Shown: in pieces, positions 1 to 24,864 of the stretch
Layout: each line of letters opens with the position of its first letter
Position numbering within the stretch: position 1 is the stretch's first letter
Source: Styela clava
Taxonomy: Eukaryota
Direction: 5' to 3'
Assembly: GCF_964204865.1 (NCBI RefSeq)
Contig: NC_135264.1
Coordinates: 9,052,001 to 9,116,000, forward strand
DNA length: 64,000 nt
Program-made: the position numbers and the translations under genes
The notes under the pieces: model-generated
The model's database searches: none
What the model was told of the DNA's origin: nothing
The model's input: only the letters and a program-made list of their open reading frames with translations

Positions 1-241
1 CATGAGGGAATCGCAGTGAAATTACTTTCATCTTAGTATATTGCTCATAAATTCCTATAATGTCATGTATAGGAGATGTTCACAAAAAAATGTTTATAAC
101 GAAATATTAACACCAACTTTATTCAAGTAAAGCCCCACTCGAGAAAATTGAACACCGCCCGACCTACTGATTGTATATATGGTAGGTATTAAAACAGCGA
201 TTTGTATTCCAGAATCATGTATATAATGATCTTCGATTTAC

Positions 242-340
242 CTTCTTTAAAATCAAGACTTTAGAAGCGCGGGTGAATGCGGAAGTTGTATTTAGATGTA
301 TGATGTAAATTAAAGCAATTAAGAAGATTTCGAGATTCAT
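242..340 (-). CDS. Probable first coding exon (signal peptide) of a neighbouring secreted-protein gene that runs out of the window
   Basis: ATG at 340 gives MNLEIFLIALIYIIHLNTTSA/FTRASKVLILKK: hydrophobic core, small residues at -3/-1, ending at AAG|GTAAAT (phase-0 donor at 241). No further exons seen. Confidence 0.4.
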
Positions 341-938
341 TTGTAATTTTGCAGTGCCTTCAAGAGTTTTTGAAACAAAGCCCAATGTAAACAAATTGCA
401 GGCGCTTTTCTGCATAAGTCAAAGTATGATATTATAGCGGCACATGAATATTTATTAGAATTTGGCTATTTAAAATGATTAAATTACTGAACCATGTAAA
501 CTTATTTACTCTCAGTGTTATAACGAACTAATCAATAGGCCTAAGTATTCATGTTATACTAAAAACCTATTAAAATGACTTGCGACAAAACGCTAATGAC
601 GAACTCTCCAACTTCAGCTGGAGAAGTTCAGCGAGATGCATTTCTATTACCGCGCGCCAATACAGGAGCGTCTCAAAAATGTTTCCCGCTTGTAAGAATC
701 TCACTTCGTATGAATACTCCAGCCTTCTGACATTGTATTATGAAAGAGTACACAGTGCACAATTTAATACTTGCTACAATACATTTATACTACTTATTTA
801 TTAAATGGTAGCGAGTACATAAGGATAGTTACTGTATGTTTCAATATTCTTCACCGCTTGTTATTAATAGTGCTGTGTGTAAAAAATGTTATTTGCCTGA
901 AACAAGGTCGTTGCTATAATTCCTTTATGATATATTTC

Positions 939-1400
939 CAGGCTTGTCCATGGGAAACCGGAATCCCAAGGGAAACGTCCCATGGGATAGTATGGGACAG
1001 CACACATTTGTACTTCCCATGGGACATGTGGGACAAGAAAACCTTTCGGGAAAATGATGATAATACATTTTGTTATAGATTTCGTGTCCTTATATTTGAA
1101 CATAGCTCTCTTGTTAGTTATAAAGAGCAAAATATATTCAGCATTAACAATATATTACTTCGTGAAGGGGCTGATGAACACATGTATAATAGTTATGAAT
1201 ATAAAGTTAACAATGTCCGTAAATTTTGTTGTTTTGTATGTCTATTCGTACATGTAGTCCTATTTAGTAGACGCTAAAACAAAATTTAGCAGTTTTTATT
1301 GAATTTTGTTCCAATGGGAATCCCATGGGATGGGGTGGGACAGGCATAATTGCTATGGGATGGCAATGGGACAGAAACATATGTCCCATGGACAAGCCTG
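939..1400. mobile_element. hAT-type MITE
   Basis: TIR CAGGCTTGTCCATGGGA...TCCCATGGACAAGCCTG. 8-bp flanks TATATTTC / TATATTAC (7/8 TSD). Many subterminal ATGGGA/TCCCAT motifs. Confidence 0.85.
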
Positions 1401-2183
1401 TATATTACATCGCTCAATGTTGCTCGTTGATTGTTCCTTGTTTGGTAGAAATTAGTATTCATCACACAAACTTGCTAAGGTTTTAAGTGTGATTCGTTAT
1501 CTGTTATTTGGATCAATTCGATTGTGCAACTTTAAAATATACGAACATTGGATATTACAATACATGTGTGCTTATTGACCTCTGAAGGAGTCTAGACCGG
1601 AGTTACACTCTGTTAACGTGTGTTCAATAACACGGTAATAACACGAGTGTGTGGACACGCAGATAGGGTCAATTTCCCCTAGCCTATACCCCATATTGAT
1701 ACAGAAGTGCATTTTTTGCTTTTTCATTTCTACCCATTAATATTTGAATCAAACAACATTGATTTATTTTCAAGGATGAACAAATAATTTCAAAAATTAG
1801 GACGTAGGTTTTTTGAATTCACTTTTATCTTGGATTCTGTCTATTTTAAACCGCTCATTTGTGAGATCATGTATATGCTTACTACATGGTATTTTCTGGC
1901 TAGCTTTTTTCTGAACAGAAATCAAACATAGTAAACAATTCAGCTCTCTCCAGAGTCTAGTCTAGTGGCGTTGTGCTAGACTTCATTATACCATGCCAGT
2001 CGCCAGCAAGAAAATATCACTGCTTGACTATCCAGTGTATCATTATGAAATATTTTACTATTAACATTCGATCCGCTGTCCCACACCATCTTTTTTACGT
2101 AAATGACAAAATTGAGTATGTGTGAGTGGATCACCTTAACAAGAAAATTACATTGCATAAGAAGCCAAAGTATCGCTACGACG

Positions 2184-2291
2184 GTGCTGCCGTAGTATTC
2201 GTACCTAGATGGCGCACAACCTGAACACAGTATGTGTACCAGGTTTGGGTTAGCAGGTTGTGCGCCATCTTGCTACAACTACGGGAGCGCC
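2184..2291. mobile_element. Short/deleted copy of the GGTAC-CGTAGTATG MITE family
   Basis: GGTGCTGCCGTAGTA...AGATGGCGCACAACCTG and its inverted partner CAGGTTGTGCGCCATCT...ACTACGGGAGCGCC. Same motifs as 8100-8335. Confidence 0.65.
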
Positions 2292-3636
2292 GTTACGACT
2301 ATACGGATCACGATTACCAGAAAAGCAACTGCAATGATCTGCTTTTTGGGGATTTCTTTTTTGAACTGAAAAACAGAGAGTTTGTTTTAAACTCTGCCAT
2401 GGTAACCAAAATTTGAACATAAAAAATAAAAATTCAGAGGTAGCAATAACTTCGAATGAGATTTAAAATGTGACATAAAAATAAAGCATAGGTAATCTGA
2501 CTTTTGTGCTGGTGCTACACACGATGGAAAGGGCAGCATTTGATAAATTCAACAAACAAGGCAAATTTTTTGTAAATGGCATCAAGTAAAAAATGATTTC
2601 GTTGTAGTTAAATAGGTAATTTCGATTTCATAATCAATATTATCATGGACACCCAACTAGAATGTTTCAATCGCCTATTAGGCCTATAACATGAGAATTT
2701 GGGTATTTAAAAGTTGGAAAAACCTATGTTAATGTGGATTGTTGCACTTGATGTGGCACGTACCTATTTCTATTACAAGTCACCTGTAAAATTCTGAACC
2801 GCCAACGGTTGAGTGTGGAATATATCCAATTAACCGGGAAATATTACTGCACATGAATTATGTATTGCCGCCGTGCTATAATAAAATAATGCCAGTGTTG
2901 CTTTTTAACCGTACCAGTTTTCATTGTCCATCGCTTTTTTAACACTGTTAAACACGATATCCTAACTCAAAAGTTGTGATATAAGGGAAATACCGAAACT
3001 TCTTTCCAGTTACTTTTTTTTTTTTTATATATTAATAAAAACATCACTTTTTATCCACACGAACACAATTGCACTTTAAAAAAATGAGTTCATGATAACT
3101 TTCCACTTCTTAATGTGGTTCGACAGTTTACATTTTCTAGTTGCAATAATTTTTTCACAGTTAAATAAACTTTTTATCATATATAAAAATTCTTTCCAGT
3201 TACTTGAGTGGTAGATCTCAGGATATCCAAGTAGGAAACCACTGCTGCCGTGCCTTACCAGTCCCCGCGGGGTATCCTCCTCAGGGCCCTTGCTGTTACT
3301 GGTATTCATTATTGACCTCGTCCACTACTCTTCATTTTTCTCCAAATTATATGCTATGACACCAATCTTCTTGATAGTGATAAATTAAATAAGGGCTAAT
3401 GAGCTGACAAATCTAAAACTGTACCTATCTCACCACAAAACGTAAAATCAATATATTTCAATAATTCAGACAACACAACGTTAAAAAATGTCAATTTTTT
3501 TTTATATATTTGTATTATATATATGTATATGAATATCGACAAATAGAAATTTTAATGTGGTATTGTTACTTCTTAATCCCAGATCATTATTTCTTGATGG
3601 CTTTTTATCCAAAACAGCTTTCCAAGACAGAATAAT

Positions 3637-15349
<11,713 letters not shown>

Positions 15350-15520
15350 TTCTGTCGTAAATGGTCACGCCGCAATGGTATCGTATACTTGTAGGAAAAA
15401 CAAACGTCCAGCGGTGTTGAACCACCGTGTGGGATAGGATAACGAACAATATTCTAAAGTTTAAATTAATGCTAGTAATGAGACAGCTGAGACGTGTTTT
15501 CGTGGACGAGGTTTCTATAC
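15350..15520 (-). promoter_or_regulatory. Upstream/5' region of gene A conserved with gene C
   Basis: Minus-strand TATAGAAACCTCGTCCACGAAAACACG and GCTGGACGTTTGTTTTTCCTACAAG...GTGACCAT align with gene C 29789-29960. Confidence 0.5.
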
Positions 15521-18249
15521 GCAATGTTGCGACCTGACTCACTGCTGAAATGCCAGGCTCATACAGATAACACAAGTAATATGATCATCTGTACTTCGAT
15601 AAAGGTTTTTAAACTGTCTAAGTTATCGACGTCTGAAAGGGCATTCACGCAATCACTTATGACATCATATTGCATATTGCGACATGCGTGCAGCATTTGA
15701 AACTGAACGTGCTTCACAAATACAAACAATTACAGTGAAATCATTTTAGAAAAAAAATATTTTTATATTTAGTGGGTCATCTATATATAAATATAATATA
15801 TCGTCTTGTAGTGGACGGTGTCTCGTACTTCGTCTACGTTAACCAGACTGGCCTGTCAACTACCAGCGTCGTTTACTCCACTTTATCAGTAAGCTCGGCG
15901 ACTGTTTCTCTTCGTTTTTCTACAGACTGCATTGCCACAGGTCCAAGGCATGTCTGGAGTAGGTATTCTTTTTTACATTTGTACAAATTTTTCATCATCT
16001 CTGATTCATTCTATTAAAACCATTTTTTTTAAAACCTTGAATACTATTTTCAAATGAGCAAATACAATGAATCATAAAAATAAGTTTCATGCATATGCAT
16101 TCCAAACTTTTCAAATTATATTCTGATCGTAAAATGTTTGTCTAGTTTTAATTATTTGTAGAACGCATAGGTTTATCTACGTTGAAAACAAAATGTTACT
16201 GATTTTTCCATGATCTCTGTAGAAGTATGGATATGCTTATGAGGATGATTTTGATCTTTTTTATGGATCCACTGAATCTACCACGACATTATGGAAAGAC
16301 AATGAAGTGAATGGAAGATATCAGATCGGTTATGTTTACGATTATAATATATCATCTGGTGAGTTTCATTATATATTTATGTGTGTTAACAATTTGAGTT
16401 AAAATATTGTTAAATAACAGATTACGTTATGAAATAGATTTTTATTGGAAAGTTTGAAATTTCCTTTGGATTAAATTGTCTTGCAACATGTGAGATGAAA
16501 AGTGACTTGGTTGTAAGAAAAACTCCAACAAATTGTCATTGAATCAAGACTCATATTGTCTTTCATTTAGAACAAGACAGAGTAGCGATGATAGAAACAG
16601 TTGTCAAGATGGTCTCAGAAACCACATGTATTGATTTTGTACCAAAAACAAATGAAAGACATTATGTTAAGTTTGACACTACTGATGGATGTTCGTGAGC
16701 ATCAAATTGATTTTGAAGATTTGATTCTGTAATGTGCACAAAAGCTTTTTCATTCCCAAGTCATAAATTACTCTTGAGTTTCTCTGAATCATTTGTAAAT
16801 GTCTGCAATGCGCAAGTGACAATTTCCGAAGCGACGGTAATATGTAGGCCTACATTTTTTGTATTTCAGTTCTACCAGGCTCGTATTTTTTAAGGAGTAT
16901 GCTCAATGAAAGTCGGGTGTACACAGAAATGGAGCTACGTGCTGAAATGTCAAGATTACTGGGACTATATGGAATTATAATGCATTATTCAAAGTTAGGA
17001 AATATCGATTGATTCGAGGATCAAATTAGGTCATGTTAATACGATCAGCGAAAAAACTATGAGATAGTGAATTACACTCATCTGAAGTTCTTAGTAATCA
17101 AATTCTGGCATGGGTCATGATTGTCATACTGTTGGTTGAAAAAGCATTCTAAATGTATCCTCCAGATACTTCCTCAATTTTCTTACTCCAGGTCTTTAAT
17201 TGGAAAACAAGAAACGTACGAGAGCCCGCAGACTGTTTCGCTAGCAGGGGGGTGTGGCACCTTGAAGACTGTTCATCACGAGCTCAAGCATTTGCTTGGA
17301 TTCGAGCATGAACATGCAAGAGCTGATAGAGATGCATATATTACAGTAAAAAGAGAAAACATTCAAGAGGGTAAGGTTTCACCGAGTGTACGTAAAGAAT
17401 ATTTGCTTTTAAAACTAAAACTGAGAGTCAAGTTCAATATCTGATATATTCAGCTTGGGCATTTTTATCTGCAATACTTCATTTAAAATAAAAACAAATA
17501 TTAAATCTAAGCTCTTTCAAATAGATCTTATTAAGGCCGTAAAAAAGTTTGGACGAACCATTTTCAGGATTTTTGCTCGCGTCCCTTATTAACATCCCTT
17601 CACACTATCGCTTCAAACAAGACCACTGAAATATAATAGGCATGTACGAATAGGATGTACGACTAATAATGTTCAATTTTTCTATGTTGGCGTTTTAGAG
17701 TCAAGTTCGAAACTGTACTTTCACTTTAGCATTCTATCCAGATTGTTCTTATCCCTTGGCTTTTACTGAATTAGAATGATTTTTTGAAGCTTAATCGAAA
17801 GCTCAAATAAACAGTTTAAGTTGGAACTTGGAAAAATCTCACCATATGTAACGAAAAATATGTAAAAAGTTACAACATCGTGCAATATCGCAGGGAAATT
17901 AAATAAGGAAAATTACAATTTCTGCACAGCATAGATCACTTTGGCCAGTTCTACTTTATATTTTGTTCCAATTTCTAGGTATGGAATACAACTTTGTTAA
18001 AATAGAAAAAGGTAATGCCATAAAAATTGGAGTACCTTATGAACTTACATCAGTAATGCAATACACAAGTAATTCATTCATGAAACGACCGGGAAAATGT
18101 CCTTTAGTTGAATATGGAACGGAAAGAGAAATCAAGTTTAATAAAGATTATTCATTTACTGAATATGATGTATTTGAAGTTAACAAACTATATGACTGCC
18201 TGGATCCAGTTTTAACCGGTAAAAAATTTCAAATCAGATTGGTTCAGTT

Positions 18250-18842
18250 CAGGGGTTCTCAACTTTTCAGTTCGCGGACCAGTAAAATTTCAAAACAAAT
18301 TTTGCGGACCGGCGGACCTTCAAAATTACCCAAAAATGTCATGAATACAAAACATAATCGAAAGACTACAATTACGATCAAAGTAGGCGGTGAAAAAGAA
18401 GACAATCCAATTTGATGAGAAATTCCCTGATGTCCTTTTAATACGTGTTTAACCCGCTTCTAATGAAGTTCCTGCAAGGCGAAGTAGAGATCTTTGAACT
18501 AGTTACTATCAAACCTCGCTGAATTATAGGCCTACTGTTATATTACGGAACATGCGAACTGTGAAGTTCTCAATCTGGTACCGTACTATGTGCTATCAAA
18601 CTCCAATGTTTTGACGTTAGTCGCCGTTATGAGGTTACATACTTAACGAACATCCAGTCGTTCGGGGTCTAAATGGACAGAGGACCTCTCACCAAGTTTG
18701 GTTGTTAGGCAAATACATCAATGATAGTTAAAAGAAATCATAAAATGAATGGACATGCCGTCAATACTTAGCAATTTGCTTATAATATATTGGAATATAT
18801 TTGGCGGGCCGACAGCGAGGTTGCCGCGGACCGGCGGTTGAG
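18250..18842. mobile_element. Degenerate hAT-type non-autonomous element
   Basis: Starts CAGGGGTTCTCAACTTTT with GCGGACC subterminal repeats at both ends. Ends GCGGACCGGCGGTTGAG; right end eroded. Confidence 0.6.
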
Positions 18843-21800
18843 TTAGTTAATAGTAAGTACAGTCTGCTTGAGTTCTAGTTCCAAACTTCTGGCAAACTAA
18901 CATAGATAGAAAAAAATTCAGCCAAACATATGAACAGATATGTCTGGGATTGACGAATGGCAATCATATTAGAATTAGACTTCTTTCATTATATGATAAC
19001 AGCAGACGAGTGAAAAAAAACGACTAATTCCCTTGTGGGAAAACTTAATTTCGAATATAATATTCGATATCGCTGTTTGAATGATTTTTTTCGTTATTCA
19101 TTGAAATAATGAATTATATTGCTTAGCCATCTTTGCATACAAATTTTGTTACTGGTTGTGGTTTTTGTCCTTTTGTGCATAATATTTATTGTGCAATATT
19201 TGCATGTCGAACTATTCTTGTTTTGTTCTCCCAGAACTTTGTGTCATTTAAAATTTGCCCTCATTGATGATATCAGATATTTCAAGTGACGATCTTGCCA
19301 TACAATAAAGTTTTTTCTATTCATAATTCAAAATCACAACAGCAGTTCAAATTTATATAAATTGCTAATGCTTCATTGATCTTTAGCAACATGGACTGCA
19401 TGGGGTGATTGGTCACCTTGTGATGCAACTTGTGAAAGAGGAGAAAAATATAAATGTGAAAATGCTAAAGGAAAGCATGTCATTGAATGTTCTGATATTT
19501 CGTATGTTTGTAAATACCTATAAAATGCCAGGGTAGAGGGTAAACTTACCACTGGTTGAGAATGTTTGCACCAAACCAAAATTACCACACTGGAAGCTTT
19601 AAATGTATATAAATATATATATTCAATTGTTATGATGCTTAATTCCATTTGATCTCGTTAACGATCCTAATGTGGCAGAATGTAGCCAATTGTACTTTTC
19701 TTTCCACATTAACATCAACAAATTCGATCATTTTATGTTGTGTTTTAAACGTGAGCAAATTAGAAGTAATTAGAAACTACAGAATTAAAAAGATTTGACT
19801 AGTCTTTTCTACATGCTTTCATTCAGTTCCTAATATGTCTTACTGGTAATATGTTGCCTGATTTATTTATTCACAGGAGAACCATTTATGATTGAACCTT
19901 GCGAAGTTGGGACAATCTGTCCATCAACTGGTGTCTGGGCAGAATGGGGAGAGTGGGGTGAATGTACAAGCAAATATGGAGGATACTATCGAACTAGGTG
20001 TGGATGGTAACAAGCTCTGTTGATCTTGGGTTCGAAACTAGTGCCAACCTCCTATTTTATGCCACCGTGTTCTGAACTAGAAAAATAAAATTTGAAATTC
20101 ATAAATCATACCATCTCATTTACTCGCCAAGTATAGAAATTACCAAAAAAGTATAAAACTTGAACTATTCATTGTGATATAATATTAAGCAATGTATTAT
20201 ACACAGATGTTCAAAATAAATTTGTTATACAGTTCTTATGTAAAACACTATCTTGCGTCGTTGACTTAATTTACCATTTATCAAATACTTAGAAGTCTTA
20301 GATCATCCAAATGGAATAACTCAGACTCATTATCAATTAACCGGTTGGACTAAACTCAGTGATTGACTCCATTCAAAGCTCAAATGACCCATGATTTGTC
20401 TCGTTATGTGACTCAGGTTTAGCAGCTTATACCCAAAACTGCTATCTACAAGAATATTTGTCACAAGGATACTCGCTGAATAAACATGTCAGTGATCGCT
20501 TACAACTCAACAATTGATAATCTTAATCAAGGGCTCGAGCCCTTGCTTTCGTGTAACTTATATGAGCTATAATTTACAGTTTGGTATTTTTATCAGGACA
20601 AGAAAATGTGCTGTATATGGTGAATGCGATCCTTTGATGGCAAATAATATGGAGGACTGTCCTGTCGAAATTGAGCCTTCTAAAACTTGGGGACCTTGGA
20701 GTACATGTTCAGCTACATGCAATGGAAACAGAATAAGGTTGAATATATCTTGTATGTATTTCACTTCGAACATGCACCTATGAATCTTGTTGTTAAATTG
20801 TTGTCAAACAAAAATACATTTCTTCAACTACAGGACAATTAGCCTATTTCTTAAATTCATTGTACTTTAAGATGGAAGTGTTTCCCAAACAGCTTTTATT
20901 TGTTTGAACTTTATCTGAATTTTGCTTTATTAAAAAGGTTCCACTTTCCATTTAGAGTTGTCAAAAATGTATCGAATATTTGAATCAATTTAAAAATTGA
21001 CTATATTCAATAATTTAGATCAGATTTTTGCAACAGACGGCCGGCCCACAGGGCATTTAGTGTGTTTTAATTCATTTCTGAAAACTGTAAAAAATACAGA
21101 ACCAATCAAATCCTTTTCTATTGTAACTTTAATTTTCAAACTCAAACGCATTGAATATAGACATGTACTCGGTTGGAGATATCGCATTTTAGAATTGTGT
21201 CGATAATATAACATCGGCTTTGTGTCAATAAGGAATATAACTTATCTTCTATAACAGACAGAAACTATGCAATAGTCAAGCTTGTCCAGATGGAATACCT
21301 TACTATGGTCTTTGCAATACTGATTGTGGAGTTATAGCTCCATCCCAGCACACAACATGGAGTCAGTGGACGGAATGTTCTGAAACCTGTGATGGCATAC
21401 GCACCAGGTGATGTTTTTTTACTGCAGAATTCTTTTCTACCAGTTTTACTCAGATAAAAATTGCTCGGTAGTAACAAGATATAAATTGTTGGAAGCGTTG
21501 GTGCAAAATAAATAATAGCACTAATTTAATTTGATCTTCAGGCAAAGATTGTGTGGAAATGCTTTTTGTGAGACTTCGTCTCCTGTGAAAGAAGAATGCA
21601 ATATAGGAAGATGTGGAGATCCAAATTGGGTATGGAGTAATTGGCTTCAGTGCACTGCTACTTGTGAAGGAACTCAGACGAGGTGAGTGTCTTGATCTGG
21701 AATTGGATATGTTGATAAAGACAAGCTAATTATATGGTGAACCAGGGCTTCAAATCTAGTTTCAAGTCCAAGTCATGCATGTGAAAGTTAAGACAGTTGC

Positions 21801-22062
21801 GAGTTGCATGGACACCGAATTTGAAGAAAACAGCAACTAAATATGAGCATGTAAAATTGTAGCAAACTTGTTACAAATAAATACATTTTACATTTACATA
21901 AGACTTGGAACATACAGACTTGTAAACGAAATGGTCAGTTATGTGAAGGCCATATTATAATTCTTGTAAAAAACTGAGAACAAATCATTGTCTATCCTAA
22001 CTTTTCTGCATTTTGAACTGATTTGATATACATTGATTTCTAATACATAATTAAATAGATTA

Positions 22063-23211
22063 CCATATTTACCGGTGGATAAGTCGCTTTTCTAGACCCA
22101 AATTTTTGGCCTGATTTTTGGGGGGTCATCTTATTAGGTGAGTATCCTCATCAGGTCTGTTTAAATAAATCGGCATTCTCGCGCTGTGAATTTGGAATTT
22201 CAATGCTGTGATTATCATATTTGAGGTTGCCGCATTTGTGTGTGCATCGCGAGTAAGGGCTATTATCGATACACTTGGGATTGCAATTTGTGAAAATCTT
22301 CAATTGTTTTTGTCAGCGTGATGTCTTATTTAAGCCGTAAACATCTTTCATTTCAGCATTTATTCTCCCTAAGTCACAAATTTGCCGCGAGGAAATTTTA
22401 TTTTAGGATGGCCCCTGACAGATTAAAGATAATTTTTAGACATTGCAAATCACAAAAACACTTGTGTTCTACAATTACCGACAGGGCCTGACGCGACAAT
22501 GATATATGTATAATACCGTAATTACGGTATTGCTGACTTAAGGTGTTTTCCTATCGTGAAATCCTCAAAATAATGTGTTGCAGCAACAGCTCAGATATGT
22601 TTTTAAATTGCAAAAATACGCATCAAAACAACATATAATCGTACATGTTTATGTACACGGATTGCGTTGGTATTTTGGAGCAGTGATACTATTTATATTG
22701 TGCAATCGCAGATTAAATTGATCACAATTAAATCAATGAAGCAACCAACACATTTCGTTTTGTGGAGATTTCGAAGTGTTGAATATGTATGTTTCATATA
22801 TACACTTTATATGTATATTTATTTATAAAAACTAAATATATTCAGGTAGTTTATCTCACATTATTATGTCCGCAGATTGCTGTGTTATTTTAGATCGGTA
22901 ATGTATTTATATGGTGGACGCAATCGCGAGTCACGTTGAATACAACTAGATTGAAATTGAAAGACAGTTTGAATTCTCGTAGTTGTTATGAATTGAATAT
23001 TACTCTAAAAGAAAAGTCATTATAGGCTATTTTAACCAATGCACGGACGGGGCGACCGGTCAAAAGCCTTTGCAAGGTAATTTGAGATTTCGATGTTGAT
23101 GCGATTTTACTACCCCGTCTTATTGACAGGTCTATGCAAAAAGCCATTTTTCAGGCTTAAAAACGGGCTTCGTCTTATTTACCGGGTAGACTTATTCGCC
23201 AGGAAATACGG
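22063..23211. mobile_element. Tc1/mariner (pogo/Tigger-like) non-autonomous element
   Basis: TA|CCATATTTACCGGTGGATAAGTC ... GACTTATTCGCCAGGAAATACGG|TA: imperfect TIRs with TA duplication. Confidence 0.75.
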
Positions 23212-23479
23212 TATTTTAGAATGCATTTGAAATGCCAAATTATTCGGTTTTGGCCATCTCTGAATCTAGTCTATATATCACCTTTTTTAATTTTTTTTCC
23301 GATATCAAAAAAGTATATTTACAATCGAAGATTTGATTTAAGGAACATATCCCTATTATTTAAATTGATTTCTGACTGTTCTTGTTAAACAAGGTATAAA
23401 TTATGCGGCCAGGCACTTTGTTATGGCAAAGATCCTGCAACAAGAGAATGCAATACTAATCCATGTTCGGGCAGTGAAG

Positions 23480-23650
23480 GTTATTCATATTCATCAACAT
23501 TGTACACAACAACAACCACAGGATCGTATTTATCAACAATGTATACATCAACACCACCGGGATCGTATTTATCAACAATGTACACAACAACGACCCCGGG
23601 GCCATACTTATCAACATTGTACACAACAACGACAACAACAAACACGCCTG
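23480..23650 (+). repeat. Coding Thr-rich minisatellite, 4 units, gene B exon 14
   Basis: GSYLSTMYT..P-type units; exon 321 nt. Confidence 0.9.
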
Positions 23651-24864
23651 AAAATGCAAGAGATTGGGGGCTTTGGTCAAGCTGTTCAGCTACTTGTGAT
23701 GGCACGAGGGTCAGGTAAGTGAAATGATGTAAGTATAAATATTATATGTTGGTGTATATGTTGTATTATGTAAAGGTGAAATACTTGCTTCTTATGTAAA
23801 AATATGGATTATATACAGTACTACAAGTGCTGCATATTTTTTAATTGTATTTGCTTTCATTGTAACAAAATTTGGCATTGGGTTTGCTTCTATATAGATA
23901 AATATATAATACTGTATAAAAATATTTTTTCTAAACCTGTCAGATATTTGGGTGTTTTCATGAATTGTTACTCCTCTTAATGTAATTTTCATATTATATC
24001 GAATACAGGAAACAGCACTCTGATAAGTAGTCGGAATAAGCATAAATGCATTATGGGTACATGAATACATTTCATGTCTCTCAACAAATATGCTATTACT
24101 TTTTATGTTTTACCACAATGTATATAATAGGTTTAAAATCACTTGACAAAACATACTTTGAAAATGCAGAATTTGAAAGAATTTGAAATTTATCTCTCGT
24201 CAGATATTTCCAATTCAAGTGGTCGAGTTCCATAATTAGTTGCTCATTTATATCAGTTGGGACATATACAGGTACCTACCTAGTCGTTTAAATAGGGAAT
24301 TATTTCTGCTATGCAGGCAAAGAGCATGTAGGACATGCTGTTATAACCCTGAGACAGAAACAGAGAATTGTAATGTTGGATTGTGTAGCTCAGACAGAGG
24401 GGCAGATGGAACAGATGAGAGTGAGATTTATATTTAGTTTATTTGTATAAAAATATAGTGGAGTTTCAGGGTTTTAACTTGGTGATCGTAAATCCATTAA
24501 AAATATGTGAATTTCCATCCAGCAATATGGTATCTATTAAGAAAATATTCATTCCGCTCATAATCAGGGAGCTCAAGTCAACTGCAGTTACAATGACGTC
24601 AGTATGTACCGTGATAGCTATAAAATTTTATTGAGGAACTGTCAATTTTTTTGTTAATACCTATTGACTATTGTAAATACCTAGAGACCACCGAGCTTTT
24701 TATGCACGAAGTTACCATGAAGCACATTCAAATTCATCATTAACATTTATTTTATTGATATGCTTCGTAATTATGACTATGACTAAATGATTAAAGCCTA
24801 AATTTTCATGATATCCCGGCACAAAATGTCATGAAAAAGGGTCGATTAGGCTCACGCAATGAGC

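Larger units (their letters stand above)
15938..24437 (+). pseudogene. Gene B: 5'- and 3'-truncated paralog (end of exon 4 to exon 15) with intact astacin domain; probable pseudogene
   Basis: Exon-4 remnant 15938-15958 (QVQGMSG|gt), then 16223-16358, 16571-16694, 17192-17370, 17979-18218, 19387-19494 (9-nt deletion; donor GT->AT at 19495), 19877-19997, 20597-20737, 21258-21407, 21542-21682, 23394-23714, 24317-24420. Exons 1-3 and 16-18 not found. No in-frame stop seen in retained exons. Confidence 0.8.

Noticed and set aside
771-1277. 168-aa ORF
   Set aside because: Non-ATG start, runs through a MITE, no recognisable protein features.
23480-23650. Regularly spaced repeats resembling a CRISPR array
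   Set aside because: Units are degenerate in-frame coding repeats without unique spacers; eukaryotic context and no cas genes.
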